Below, piece by piece: positions 40,150 to 51,600 of a DNA stretch of 64,000 nucleotides (positions are counted from its first letter, which is position 1; the number at the start of each line of letters is the position of its first letter). Source of the stretch: Paraphysomonas bandaiensis (taxonomy: Eukaryota > Protista > Chrysophyceae); contig CBFFRP010000297.1 of the NCBI GenBank assembly GCA_965644295.1, positions 434,001-498,000 on the forward strand, in the 5' to 3' direction. Under the pieces are notes generated by a model, which was not told the origin of the DNA, ran no database searches, and saw only the letters and a list, made by a program, of their open reading frames with translations. The position numbers were made by a program, and so were the translations under genes.

Positions 40150-41727
40150 TTAACAACGTTTCTGGCACAATGGACACAAGTTTTGCCTCTGCAACCATTT
40201 TCTGATGCAATTCGCATGAAAACTGTGATGCTTGTGACAAGGAAGAGAAATCAGCATCTCCCCCATATGAAACTCTGTGAGACATATCGAACATTCGTCG
40301 TTGAAAACCTCCTCTTTATTAGTATAGACAAAAGTAGGATATCGATCCAAATCAAATTTCGATAGGCCTCCCCGAATTCTTGCTGTCCCATCAAGAAAGC
40401 TCAGGAAGTACACCACAGCCACCACTGCTCGCAGGATAAACGAAACAAGATTCGTGGCACACATTCCTAGTAGTAAAGAGAGCAGCGGGTCGGAGGTTGT
40501 AGTGGTGATGTCCTTCACAATTACAGGCGATGAAGCCCACATGTAACCCTGACAGATAACAAGCACCACAAGCGCCATAACATCTAGCGTCGAGGCCAAT
40601 AAATGGTTTAGCATCCACGCATCAGATTGAACCATACTTTGAAGAGCCTGGGAGGCAGTATCTGCATCTAATGAGCGACATGCTTTCCAGCACTTGTAGT
40701 GTAGCAAAATACGCACAGGAGTAGCAATCATATTGAGCATAACCTGCAGTACCAACAAGCCAACAACCACATACTGAAACAAAAAGACCGACAGAGTCAC
40801 CTCCTTAAAAAGGAAGAGCGGTGGAAGAAATATTAAACTGTACGTATGAAATAAAGCACCATTCATGCCTGCTGAGAGCATCCCTCTCAGATATATACCC
40901 GAGGAAAAGGGCTGCCCTTGCAGCGTGTAGAAGAGCTCATTGTCTTCAAGTTGGCCCCTAGTTCTCATATCCGACAAGAAATGGCCAATTCTGATTGTAA
41001 TCCTTTCTCTCCAACATGTAAGGCTCGAGGCATTGGAGACGTGTGTGACATTGTGCACTGAATCTGTCTCATCGCTAGGATTACTATCTAGTCGTGAGTC
41101 ACCGCCACAAATTTGCTGGAAACTTCTCAGCGAGACAGTTCGGCGGAATGGCAGATCTGAAAACATAACGGTGGTTGGCTCCATATGAGCTGATAATTGA
41201 GCTATGACCGATGGATTTATCAAATTATTTAGCTCAACTTCCTTGAGAGGGACCTTAGACTTCGAACTCAACCCAAACACAAAGTCAAGGGCACTCGTTA
41301 TCTCAGATGAAACGCTGGTCTCCGGGCTCCGCTTCTTCCTCTTTAATTTGATTGATGAAGCAGTAGACGGGAGTTTAATATGGCGCTCAGAGTAATAATG
41401 TCCATATTTACGTGAGGGTACATACTTCAGCTGAACGTCCTGATGACCACTCGTCTCTTCCAGGTTCATACGATGAGTGGTATTTCCTGCAGCCCAGCGA
41501 ACGATACGCACCCACAGTGACGGCCTCCTCTGCGCTCCTCTCTTATGAGCAGACACTGATAGATCACTAATACCATACTCACTGCAGCTGCGCATAGATG
41601 AGAGGGGATGAGCCACCTCATCAACTCGATCGAAACTCAGAGGCTGCATCACAGATACAGTGGAGCACGACCTGTCTGTGTCCAGTGCACCGCCTCGATG
41701 ATAGTCATATGACCCCTTGAAATGCAT
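40150..41727 (-). CDS. Multi-pass membrane RING-H2 E3 ubiquitin ligase
   Basis: C-terminal CSICLTEF..LPC..HHSFHANCIRKWL....CPLC (C3H2C3), preceded by about four TM helices and RGGLSKFDL. Confidence 0.9.
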   Translation of the reverse strand: MHFKGSYDYHRGGALDTDRSCSTVSVMQPLSFDRVDEVAHPLSSMRSCSEYGISDLSVSAHKRGAQRRPSLWVRIVRWAAGNTTHRMNLEETSGHQDVQLKYVPSRKYGHYYSERHIKLPSTASSIKLKRKKRSPETSVSSEITSALDFVFGLSSKSKVPLKEVELNNLINPSVIAQLSAHMEPTTVMFSDLPFRRTVSLRSFQQICGGDSRLDSNPSDETDSVHNVTHVSNASSLTCWRERITIRIGHFLSDMRTRGQLEDNELFYTLQGQPFSSGIYLRGMLSAGMNGALFHTYSLIFLPPLFLFKEVTLSVFLFQYVVVGLLVLQVMLNMIATPVRILLHYKCWKACRSLDADTASQALQSMVQSDAWMLNHLLASTLDVMALVVLVICQGYMWASSPVIVKDITTTTSDPLLSLLLGMCATNLVSFILRAVVAVVYFLSFLDGTARIRGGLSKFDLDRYPTFVYTNKEEVFNDECSICLTEFHMGEMLISLPCHKHHSFHANCIRKWLQRQNLCPLCQKRC

Positions 41728-42200
41728 GATGGAACCCTGAGAGCGTAACTCGTCGATAGTGATGTCTATATATAGTTATACCACTGATATGAGTAACATC
41801 ATGTCATATGCATACGACAGGCCTGTATGTGTATGTATGCACACAGACAATACGCGATTCAATTCGACACGTAGAAGTAAATGAAGTGAAGTGTAATCGA
41901 AGTTGAATTGAAGAATGAAGATGATGGGAGTGAGTGTGAGTCAGCAGCACAGCTCCTCCTCCTGATGGTCAGCCCACAGCAGCCTACAGATCCACCATCA
42001 TGAGATACGCTCAAGTGATGATGTGGAGGATACGGACCATCACGTCACAACTTGTATACGATGGTATACAGATATCGCGTATATCGTACAGCACCAGCAG
42101 CAGTATCAGAGTGGACGATGTACACATATGGCACTTAATCATGCATTGCGTCCTGTTCGCTCCTGTAATGCTACACTAACCCCAACATGGCGCCATAGCC

Positions 42201-43649
42201 ATGCACCGACATTTGTATGCTTTAACGGTGTTGCTTCTGATTGAGTTATTAGTCTCCCATAACACTCAGCAGCAGCAGCAGTGCAGTGAGTCGGCTCTCT
42301 CTCTCTTTCACAGTCTCTCTTGTACGGACGGTCTCATAGGATATGGCCCTACATGCGAGTGTGTACAAGAAGAGTGTCGAGTTGCTCATATGCGATCTTA
42401 TCTTCCTTCTCCCTCAGCCTTTAAAGCCATTGATAGAAACCAGACGCTTCGAGAGTGCGACTCGCAGCTGATGCACGCTCTCACTAAGACAATTAAAACT
42501 TGGCCTAAAGTGATTACTGGGAAAGGATATCCTCTCCATATTAGAAGCGAAACATGCTCGCTGCAAGAAAACATAGCATCTCTTCTTGGAACCAGACGTT
42601 ACCACCCTTGTTCCGTTTCCATTGGAAAGTTTTTACGCTACAACTCACTGTACCTGTACTCTAGGCTCATAAGCAATCACACTCTTCTCAATATAGCGTA
42701 TCCTTTTGAGTGGAGATGGGCGCAAGGTGTGGATTCGTGTCAAAAAAGTACTTTTCGGGGATGGAATTGTGTGTTTGAAAGCGTCACTACATTGGGAATC
42801 AGTGAAGGTGCTACGCCACTCTCACCTCGTATACCTCCCATTGTTTTGAGCGCTGTAAAATCCCTACTATTTAATAAAAAGAATCATGCAGTGCAAATTA
42901 TATTCTACGGTCGAATGTTGGGTATACTTGCCCAACCAAGTACGTTGATAAAATCCTTCATGGCGGAGAATATGGTGACACAATCGCCTTTGTCGTCGTC
43001 AAACAACAATATTGTTAGTGTAAGCATGCATGTACGACAAGGGGACTCCTGTGATGTTGTAGTCAACTCCAAATATGATCTGGACTCATATGCAGAGAGG
43101 GGGTACAAGCGGACTTGTTTTCACTTGGATGTGTATATATCTAAGCTACATCAGCTCAGAGAGATGTATGGTGTAAATCGAGTGTACCTGGCAACTGATT
43201 CCCACGATATGATCATTCGTACAGAAGCTGAGCCTTCATTTGAGTGGGTATATATTAATACTAGTCGGGAAGTGTTTAAATATGCAAATGGATGGGTTGA
43301 TTATTTTAGCAATGGCCGCAATGAACTTGTTACTTTAAGCGCTGCAGCTGACCTTCAACTCATGCAGAGAGGTGATATTTTTGTCGGGGCCTTTTCTAGT
43401 CACTTTTCAAAGTTGTCCTTTTATCTCATGGCCGGTGCTAGAATGCGAATTCCCCCTTTTATCTCTCTGGATCACCCTCTCAGTTGTGATACAGTTGACA
43501 GCTGTTCTGAGAGTGATATTGCAAGTAGAATTGCAACCATTGAGGATATCATAAAGTGGGCACCAGAGTGTGTGCGGAAGTCGGGAGGAGGGTGGATTGA
43601 AGAATACCACGACCCGTGTGGGATATATGGAGGTCATGATATTGATTAG
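42201..43649 (+). CDS. Alpha-1,6-fucosyltransferase-like glycosyltransferase (GT23/FUT8-like)
   Basis: Signal/anchor at the N-terminus; GDP-fucose motifs VSMHVRQGD, VYLATD and DLQLMQRGDIFVGAFSSHFSKL. Confidence 0.78.
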   Translation: MHRHLYALTVLLLIELLVSHNTQQQQQCSESALSLFHSLSCTDGLIGYGPTCECVQEECRVAHMRSYLPSPSAFKAIDRNQTLRECDSQLMHALTKTIKTWPKVITGKGYPLHIRSETCSLQENIASLLGTRRYHPCSVSIGKFLRYNSLYLYSRLISNHTLLNIAYPFEWRWAQGVDSCQKSTFRGWNCVFESVTTLGISEGATPLSPRIPPIVLSAVKSLLFNKKNHAVQIIFYGRMLGILAQPSTLIKSFMAENMVTQSPLSSSNNNIVSVSMHVRQGDSCDVVVNSKYDLDSYAERGYKRTCFHLDVYISKLHQLREMYGVNRVYLATDSHDMIIRTEAEPSFEWVYINTSREVFKYANGWVDYFSNGRNELVTLSAAADLQLMQRGDIFVGAFSSHFSKLSFYLMAGARMRIPPFISLDHPLSCDTVDSCSESDIASRIATIEDIIKWAPECVRKSGGGWIEEYHDPCGIYGGHDID

Positions 43650-43930
43650 ACTCTGTGTGCCGACACTAGCATTAGCATAGCTACTGATGTACCGTATATA
43701 GAGTGTTTCTTGTAGTGCGTGTGAGACTGATTTTTCTCTGTGCATAAGGGCTTGGTAAGCATTAATGGGTGCCCAGTTCCAGGCAATTATAATGGCCATT
43801 ATTGACTATTAATGCTCATCTAAATAATATCGCTCATACTTGATTGAGTGCCTCCCCCCTTAATATTTTTTTATAGTAATTAAGTTAAAAGCAGATTACA
43901 AATCGTAACTACACATCATCATTCTTCTCG

Positions 43931-45250
43931 CTCCCCACTGGCACATCAGGAATTCTTGCAAGCTTCACAGAGGGTAGTAGGTAGTAGTACCCCACAACAT
44001 GTAACTGGCTCGTAGGAATAGCAACGATTCTAGACGACATGGATTCATTCTTCGACGTTCAGGTGTTCTAATCAATTTTACACGACTAAAGCACCAATTT
44101 AGGCGTGACTAGGAAATTCAACCAATTTGATTAGGTTGAAATATAGATCCCCTCACTCCCCACTGGCACATCAGGAATTCTTGCAAGGCTTCACAGAGGG
44201 TAGTAGTACCTCACAACATGTAACTGGCTCGTAGGAATAGCAACGATTCTAGACGACATGGAGTCATTTTTCGACGTTGCAGGACTATCCACCTATAAGC
44301 AGTACTGTATTATATGATTAAGTTTAGTACAGTATATAAATGTACCATGTAATTAGGAATACAATAGTGTAGAGGAGTGTGATCGTTATATTTAAAATTA
44401 GCCATTGATATTGAAGAGATGTATTATTCATAATTCAGTATACTGTTTATAATCACTTTTTTACCTCTTTTATGAGTGTGGTGTTTTACACATAGATATA
44501 GACACTCACAACGTTCAGGTGTTCTAATCAATGTTGCATGACTAAAGTGCCTCTCAACAACATTAGATTGTGCTTCGGGATCTATTTTTCAACCTCTAGT
44601 CAAATTGGTTGAATTTCCTAGTCACACCGAAATTGGTGTAAAAGCCTACTGTAGTCAAACGGTAGTCGCAGATAAAGTACATGTCAGGAAACTTTATACT
44701 TACTGTCTTGGACTGCAGATAGGACTGCAACTGCTTCACTGTGTCAACTTTTAAAGAGCTTTTATTCAAAAATTTCTTTCTATTTGAAAATTGATTCACA
44801 GTAGGAGATATTTTTCTGTACTCTGAGTGTCTCGATAAAAGTTCCTTATAAATGTGGGCTTCAGGCTACCTCGGATCTTCTCATCGATCTCATCGATTAT
44901 GATAGGATATATTCCCCTCAATTCGTTAATGTTAACTGTGTGTTCCCCGCTCGTACGCTTCTCCCGTTGTGTGCATATATAATGCACTTCCGCACCACAC
45001 CGTATCTTAGAGAACTGTACCAGATAAGCCCCTTTACGATTTGCTCGAGGGTGTTTTTCTGAGACGGTACAATTTTGTTGCACTCAAATCCCCTTTTCTT
45101 ATTTGGCGGCGTAAAAATGGAGGTATTCGTCAACTCCTCAAAATCACTACCGTCATCGAAATCGCCAGTGTCTTCGTCTGAAGCGGCCACTTTTTCAGGC
45201 AACTAGAAAGATTCGACGATGTCTTCCCCGGAGTTTTGTCAACGACCTCG
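43931..45250 (-). mobile_element. Scrambled hAT transposase remnants with local direct and inverted duplications
   Basis: Direct repeat 43931-44059/44156-44278 and inverted repeat ~44092-44151/44578-44638. The minus strand reads SNVVERHFS and FSRVKLIRTPERRRMNPCRLESLLFLRASYMLW (hAT C-terminus). Confidence 0.65.
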
Positions 45251-45284
45251 TTGACCAACACACGTCGACCTCTTGCAGCTATAT

Positions 45285-46300
45285 GAGAATATGATATTAC
45301 AAAACACAAGTCGTGGCAGGGCCAACTTGTAACGCAATAAATATTGCTAATAACTACTATATTTGCAACTTTTTCTTTATCTTTAACCTCTCAGATACAA
45401 ATTACAGTAAAATAATAACTCAATACTTAGATATGAAACTTGGTGAAATCGCTTTACCAGGTTTTGGTATTACCTCGACTTCTTCCTGAGAGGACTGATT
45501 CAATTAGATAAAATATTATATATATACTAAATTGCTTCAACTGTCTTTTTTATAATACATCAGATTACTTGATCTCGGAATGCTCTCCTTCCTCCAAGCC
45601 ACTAATATATCGGAGCAAGTATCTTGTACAGTCAAAACGTTTCAGCTTTGCCGGGCCGGGCCTGGGCCGGGGTCAGGAGGGAAATGCAGGAAGGAACAAT
45701 GCTTGCATTTGGGGAATGGTAATATATATAGATTATGATGATGCTGCCGCAAAAATTCTTGTAGCAGTATATCAATTAACTGGCGGGCTTGGTAGAAATT
45801 GGTCCATCTCCTTGCAAGGCAAACGTAACCTAACCCTAACCGTAACCCTAATTTTTCAAGTTGCGTCAAAAAATATATTTTCAGCTCTCAAAACTTAATT
45901 CTTCAATAATGTGGATCATTTCAATTAGGCCAGCATGGAGGTCTCGCTGGGCACATAAAATAGAATATATTCGCCATTGTCAAGTTGAAAAGCTGCAAGT
46001 TAGCGAGTTGATGAACAGATATAACAATCTGACGTGCCACCGCATGTCCATCAATCCAAAACTAGAGCAAATATCCCTGGTAACAGGTTAAAGTCGTGGT
46101 AATGCCAACAGTTGGTGTAATGTGTATAAAACCTGGTGAAATTTTGATTGTGGTCAACTTCTTCTCCACCAGTATAACTGTAATTTGTATCTGAGAGGTT
46201 AAAGATAAAGAAAAAGTTGCAAATATAGTAGTTATTAGCAATATTTATTGCGTTACAAGTTGGCCCTGCCACGACTTGTGTTTTGTAATATCATATTCTC
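45285..46300. mobile_element. Non-autonomous TIR element (1016 bp), 124-bp perfect TIRs, ATAT flanks, GAG...CTC termini (Sola-like)
   Basis: 45285-45408 is the exact reverse complement of 46177-46300; atat at 45281-45284 and 46301-46304. Confidence 0.85.
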
Positions 46301-46304
46301 ATAT

Positions 46305-47992
46305 TCTTCTGGTCTTTCTTGGTATCACCTGTCTAGTAGTTTCGAGCCTGTGTTTTCTACTGTGGGCCTTCTGATAGCTGTGGCGAGTTCAGGTCAGATT
46401 TTGAAAATGTGATTCCTTTTACAATATTCAATTTCAGCGAATTAAGCCAATGGATTCATGGGTCAGCCTTCGGTGTGCCAGAAAAATCGAGGAACCGTTT
46501 GATGTTGATGCTAGGTTGCACTGGTATTGGATGATGTAGCCCAGGTCGGATAATTTGACTTCACACAGTTGTGCTTCTTTGCTGTGTAGTGAATAGGATT
46601 CCATCATGGTATATTCGTGCTTCGTTTTGTTCGAATGCAATGTTACAGTTAGCATCATCTGTTAATTGACTGATAGAAATTAATGTTTTTAATGTATCCG
46701 GGACTAGATTGCATTTGTTGATCAGTCCTCTAGCTTGCCATGTCCTTGCGATAGCATTTCCGACTCCGTATTTGCTATGTAGATAATGGATTGGTCATTG
46801 ATAAACTCCTTGGGAATACCCTTTGAAGGTGTGATTGATACTGAGCGACCTGAGTCTAGGATTCCGACGTCTTGCGACAGGTGGTGCTTCTTGTGTACAA
46901 TACAAAGTATAATCTTCTGTGGTAATTCCAGAAAATCCCCTGTAATCATTGTCATCGTTTGATCCCTCATCTTTATAGTCTTCAATTTTTGAGCGCGATT
47001 CCTGATTGCTGTCTCGTGGATATGGGGTTTTCTTGAAATGGTTGCCCTTTGCTCATTTGTCATCGCTATTGCTAGCGGATTTCTTCATCTGCTGGATGTG
47101 ATCCCAATGCACCTGTAACACTTTATTTCATGAGACTTTGCACTTGCGTTGCTCTTGTTGAATTTCTTAGATCGCGTCCTGTTGGTATTTTGCTTCTTTG
47201 TGTGACGGGCGGTAAACGCTGTATCCGGGAGCTAAAATCTGCATTGTCCCTTTATTGTCCGTGTTTTCGGTCAGTGAGGAGCCTACAGTGCTCTCATAGC
47301 CTTTTGATTAAAGTCTTGTAGTTGCCAATTGGGTTCTTTTGAAGGTTGATTGCTAGGTTCTTACAGGCCTTGTTTTCATTTGAGACCATTCCGTGCATTA
47401 TTCTGGAGATGAGGTCTCATGTTCGGAGACTTTATAGCCGTGTGTAGCCAGCTTTAGTCGCAATTTCTCCACGGCATTCATGAACTAATTAATCGTTTGA
47501 GTTGATTTTATTTTGATTGATTGCAGTTGGCCAATGAGGTCGGTTATCGTATCATTTGAGGTTTTGTCTTTGAAGTGTTTTTCGATCTCTGACCATGCCC
47601 TTTTTACATCTCCTTCAGGGACTGTTTCGATGATACCTTCTGCTTCCTCGTTTTGGCCAATCACCGCGTTGGATAGCAGTGACCATAGGTAATTGTTGCT
47701 CTTCTTGTCATACTGCATATTTTCATCGTAGGCATTATTCCTGTACAGGTAGCCCTCGTCTGTTTCTTCTTCCTGACGTCTAGGCTCCTCTGGGGTATGT
47801 ATAATACTTTGGGTTTACGAAAGAACCAGGCCCTACTTTTCTTCTGCCATTTGGAGAAAAGTTCTTAGAGTCTAAGGGTGGCATGAAGCGCTTCTTTTTG
47901 TCTGATAAATCGGAGTCAGAGTTATCGTAACTGTTAGTCTTAGAATACTTCACATGAAGAATAAGGCCCAATAGTATAATAGAAAGACACAT
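46305..47992 (-). mobile_element. Degenerate Ty1/Copia LTR-retrotransposon gag-protease-preintegrase fragment
   Basis: Gag-like EGDVKRAWSEIEKHF, decayed zinc knuckle KCYRC, protease GILDSGRSVSI and GAG-pre-integrase HRRLTH occur in Copia order, with stops and frameshifts. Confidence 0.72.
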
Positions 47993-48021
47993 TTGATCAG
48001 AGCGTTAATAATTTATAGTTT

Positions 48022-48110
48022 AGTAGGAACATCTGCAAAATTTAGTAGGAACAAATGGCACTTTCTAGTTTATAAGTAGGAACAAATGGAAAATATAGTA
48101 GGAACAAATA
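48022..48110. repeat. Four spaced copies of AGTAGGAACA
   Basis: agtaggaaca at ~48022, 48044, 48074 and 48097. Confidence 0.8.
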
Positions 48111-48675
48111 TATTTCCGTAATCCTACATTTTATAAAGTTATATATCGTACTCTGTAGTAGAAAGGAACTATGTGACCTACTAAGTATGAAAAATTGAAT
48201 ACACGTTATTGTGATACCAAGGTCGCTCTTCACTGTTTTATGTATGATTGAAATGTGTACAGGTTTTCATCGACACCAAAAACTAAGGTTTCTCCGATCC
48301 GTCGGCTGAAATGATGCAAATTGCACTACTTCAGGTAATTGTGAAAAGCAAACTTATACATCCTTCCTGTACTTTACCTTTGCTGCATGTCTATTATTAT
48401 TGACACACATTCGGCCATTTCGATATCACTAGTACATTTCAAACTGTACACAAAACGAGCTTCTGTACTACCACACGAGCATTTTTCGCTCAGTAATTCG
48501 TTTGGATTCATTCATTATAAATTCAAATGCATCTTCAACACTAGCAGTTAACATTTCTACTGATGCAACAACAAATGATAACACGTTCATTCAGAAAATT
48601 AGACTATCTAAACCGTATTTATAATGTGGAACACAACACCGAGAAACTAACCAACTATTAAACGATCAGAGACTA

Positions 48676-51600
48676 TCACTCATCGATAGGACAATTCTTC
48701 AGCTGTTCCTTCAATTGAGCAACCTTTTCCTTAAGTAATTTAATGTCAGCTAACAACGTCTCCATCTTGGTATCGTAATTCCTATATGTTTCTGCAGAAC
48801 CTCCAGTTCGATCATCCAGATCACGAATTGCCTCGATCAAAACAGGTATAAGCTCTATGTATTTGACTCCCAGGTATCGGCCATTGTGGGTACTCGTCAC
48901 TACACTCGGCAATACTGCCTGTACCTCTTGGGCTATCACACCAAGGTGGTTACTATTCGTATCATCGCTCATGATAGTGTCTTTCGCCCACTTATAATAT
49001 ACCCCCCTTACCTTCGAAATTTTACCAAGAGAGTCTTCAATAGGCATGATATCCGACTTCAGTCGTCGATCTGAGGGAACAGTGGGACTCTCTTTGAACC
49101 ATATATTGCCGTACACAGTTAGACCATTTGTTATGTACACGCCACCGCTCAAAACAGAAAGGCCTTCTTTAATCTTCATTCCATCGTTGTTAACAGTTAC
49201 ACCGCCAGTTACATACACACCGTTGTCATACACAGTCAACCCATCAGACACTCTCAGGCCACCTGCGTTAATGGATGCACCGCTATTTCGTACATACAAC
49301 CCAGTATTTTCAACAGTCAAGCCACCAGTCACTTCAATCCCTCCAGTTTCAACAGATATGCCATTCGTAATCACTGCGCCGCCAATTACTGATAAACCAC
49401 CAGTGACCCCCATTCCTCCTGTCAATATGGTTATACCTCCAGCCTCGACAACGAGACCTTCAGAGTCGATAGTTACACCTCCAGCGTCTACGAACATGCC
49501 ACCATTGGTAACTGTCAAACCGGACTCCACAGTGATACCAGAGAGAGAGTTTATGCCACCTGTGTATACTGTCACACCGCCAGTCACACGAGCTCCGCCC
49601 TGGTGTATAGATACTCCTCCGGTCAATTGCATTCCTCCTGTTTGGACACTGACTCCACCAGTTACCTTAAGTCCACTGGTACTCACAGTAATGCCACCTA
49701 GCGACTTCAATCCACTGCTTAAGACAGACAAACCGTCTGTAACATACATTCCTCCGTTTAATACAGATATACCCGCCGTGACTTTTATACCCACGTCATT
49801 GATGGTCAGACCACCAGTAATTACAGCACCACTATTGTATACGGTTAATGCGTTAGACACTCTCAAACCACCAGCATTAACTGACATGCCACCTGCGTTG
49901 ACATTTAGTCCACTATTATACACGGTCAAGCCTTGGGATATGCGGATCCCTCCAGTGTTGACTGATATCCCACCAGTTACGACCATTCCATCGACAACAG
50001 ACATTCCTCCAGAAGTTTTAAGACCACCAGAGAAAATGGTACTTCCGCCAGTAATCCTTAACCCGCCCAATTGGATAGTTAATCCATCGGCACCGACGAA
50101 CATACCGCCAGTACTAACTGTGGCACCGTCTGCCACAGTCATTCCACCGAGAGCTTGCAGCGAACCACTGTATACTGTCATTCCTCCTGTAACGCGCATA
50201 CCACCATCAATCGCACTAACACCTCCACGAAGCATCAGACCTCCACTCGCTACGGTTAAACCACCTGTGACTTTGAACCCAGAAGTGCTTACTGTTACGC
50301 CACCCACAGCTTTGAGTCCATCATTGCCGAGAGTTAATCCACCAGCTAGGACCTGTACACCACCAGCGCTTACTGTCAGACCCGTGTTTTCTATGGTCAT
50401 GCCTCCAGAAACTACTGCTCCGCTGCTTGTAAGTGATAATCCACCAGAGACTACAAATCCACCAGATAACACAGTAGCACCACCTTCAACTTTAAATCCA
50501 TCAGCGTTGATCGTAGCCCCCTTGGACTTGACATATAAGCCACCAGAGTTGACGGTTACTCCTCCAGTTACGACAAATCCCCCGGTGCGTATGGTTGCAC
50601 CCCCAGTAACGGTGAGTCCACTGCTGGTTATAGAGGCTCCGCCAGAAACTTTCAAGCCATGCGCATCGAGAGTTAACCCATGGGACTTGATAAATACACC
50701 TCCCTCAACGACAGTCATTCCTAACTCCACAGTGCCATAATTTTTTGCATAAAAATTACCACCTGCAATTGTGAGACCACCGGTTACTTTCATACCGTTA
50801 TCCATTACAGTCAGCCCCCCACTAACTCGCGCACCAGAGTCGTACACAGTGAGACCACCTGAGATGTGAGCACCATTGGCCGAGACAGTTAAACCACCGG
50901 CAGTGACTTCCAGGCCATCTTGGGAAATAGTTTGACCGCCTGCTGTAACAACTACGCCTGCTGTTGACACAGTCAGGCCTGCGGCTGCAGTAACAGCACC
51001 CGTAAGCGATGTCGTACCACCAATCTGAGCACCACCAGCTGTAGTTATACCACCAAGTACATTCAAACCGCCGCTCTGTACACTCATACCACCAGTAACG
51101 CGAGACCCGCCTTCATAGACAGAGAGTCCACCTGTAACTCTCATTCCCCCCGTGTTAATACTTGATCCACCATCTACGTACAACCCTCCAGAACCAGCTG
51201 TCACACCACCCGTAATAAGCACTCCATTAACAACGTTCGCAAATCCATTAACGTAGACACCGCTGTTGTATAGAGAAACACCACCTGTAAGTCTCATGCC
51301 ACCCGCTTTGACGGTTAAACCACCAGCTTGAACATGTAGACCTCCACTGGAAACAGTAGCTCCACCAGCTACCTTTAATCCATCAGAAGCAATTGATGTG
51401 CCACCATCGGATACCACAAATCCGCCGTCAACTGTGCCACCACCAGTAACTGTCACACCGTGCGCTTTCACCGACAGGCCACCAGCAGTAACATACACAC
51501 CACCAGATCCCACTGTTCCACCACCTGTGACATAGAACCCATCGGTGACAACTGAAATACCACCAGTAGCTTGCAAGCCGCCTGAAAATATTGTCGTTCC

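Noticed and set aside
45822-45851. True telomere or chromosome-fusion scar
   Set aside because: Only a few degenerate units, and they lie inside a TIR element.
48022-48110. Spaced AGTAGGAACA repeats as a CRISPR-like array
   Set aside because: Only 10 bp, four copies, short related spacers, no cas genes, eukaryotic context; more likely TE subterminal repeats.
48212-48219. TGGTATCA on the minus strand as a Copia primer-binding site
   Set aside because: Only an 8-nt match, not preceded by an LTR CA end, and no paired LTR is visible.
42201-48676. Functional link between the fucosyltransferase-like gene and the neighbouring fibre gene
   Set aside because: They are convergent and separated by 5 kb of TE debris; adjacency alone is not evidence in a eukaryote.
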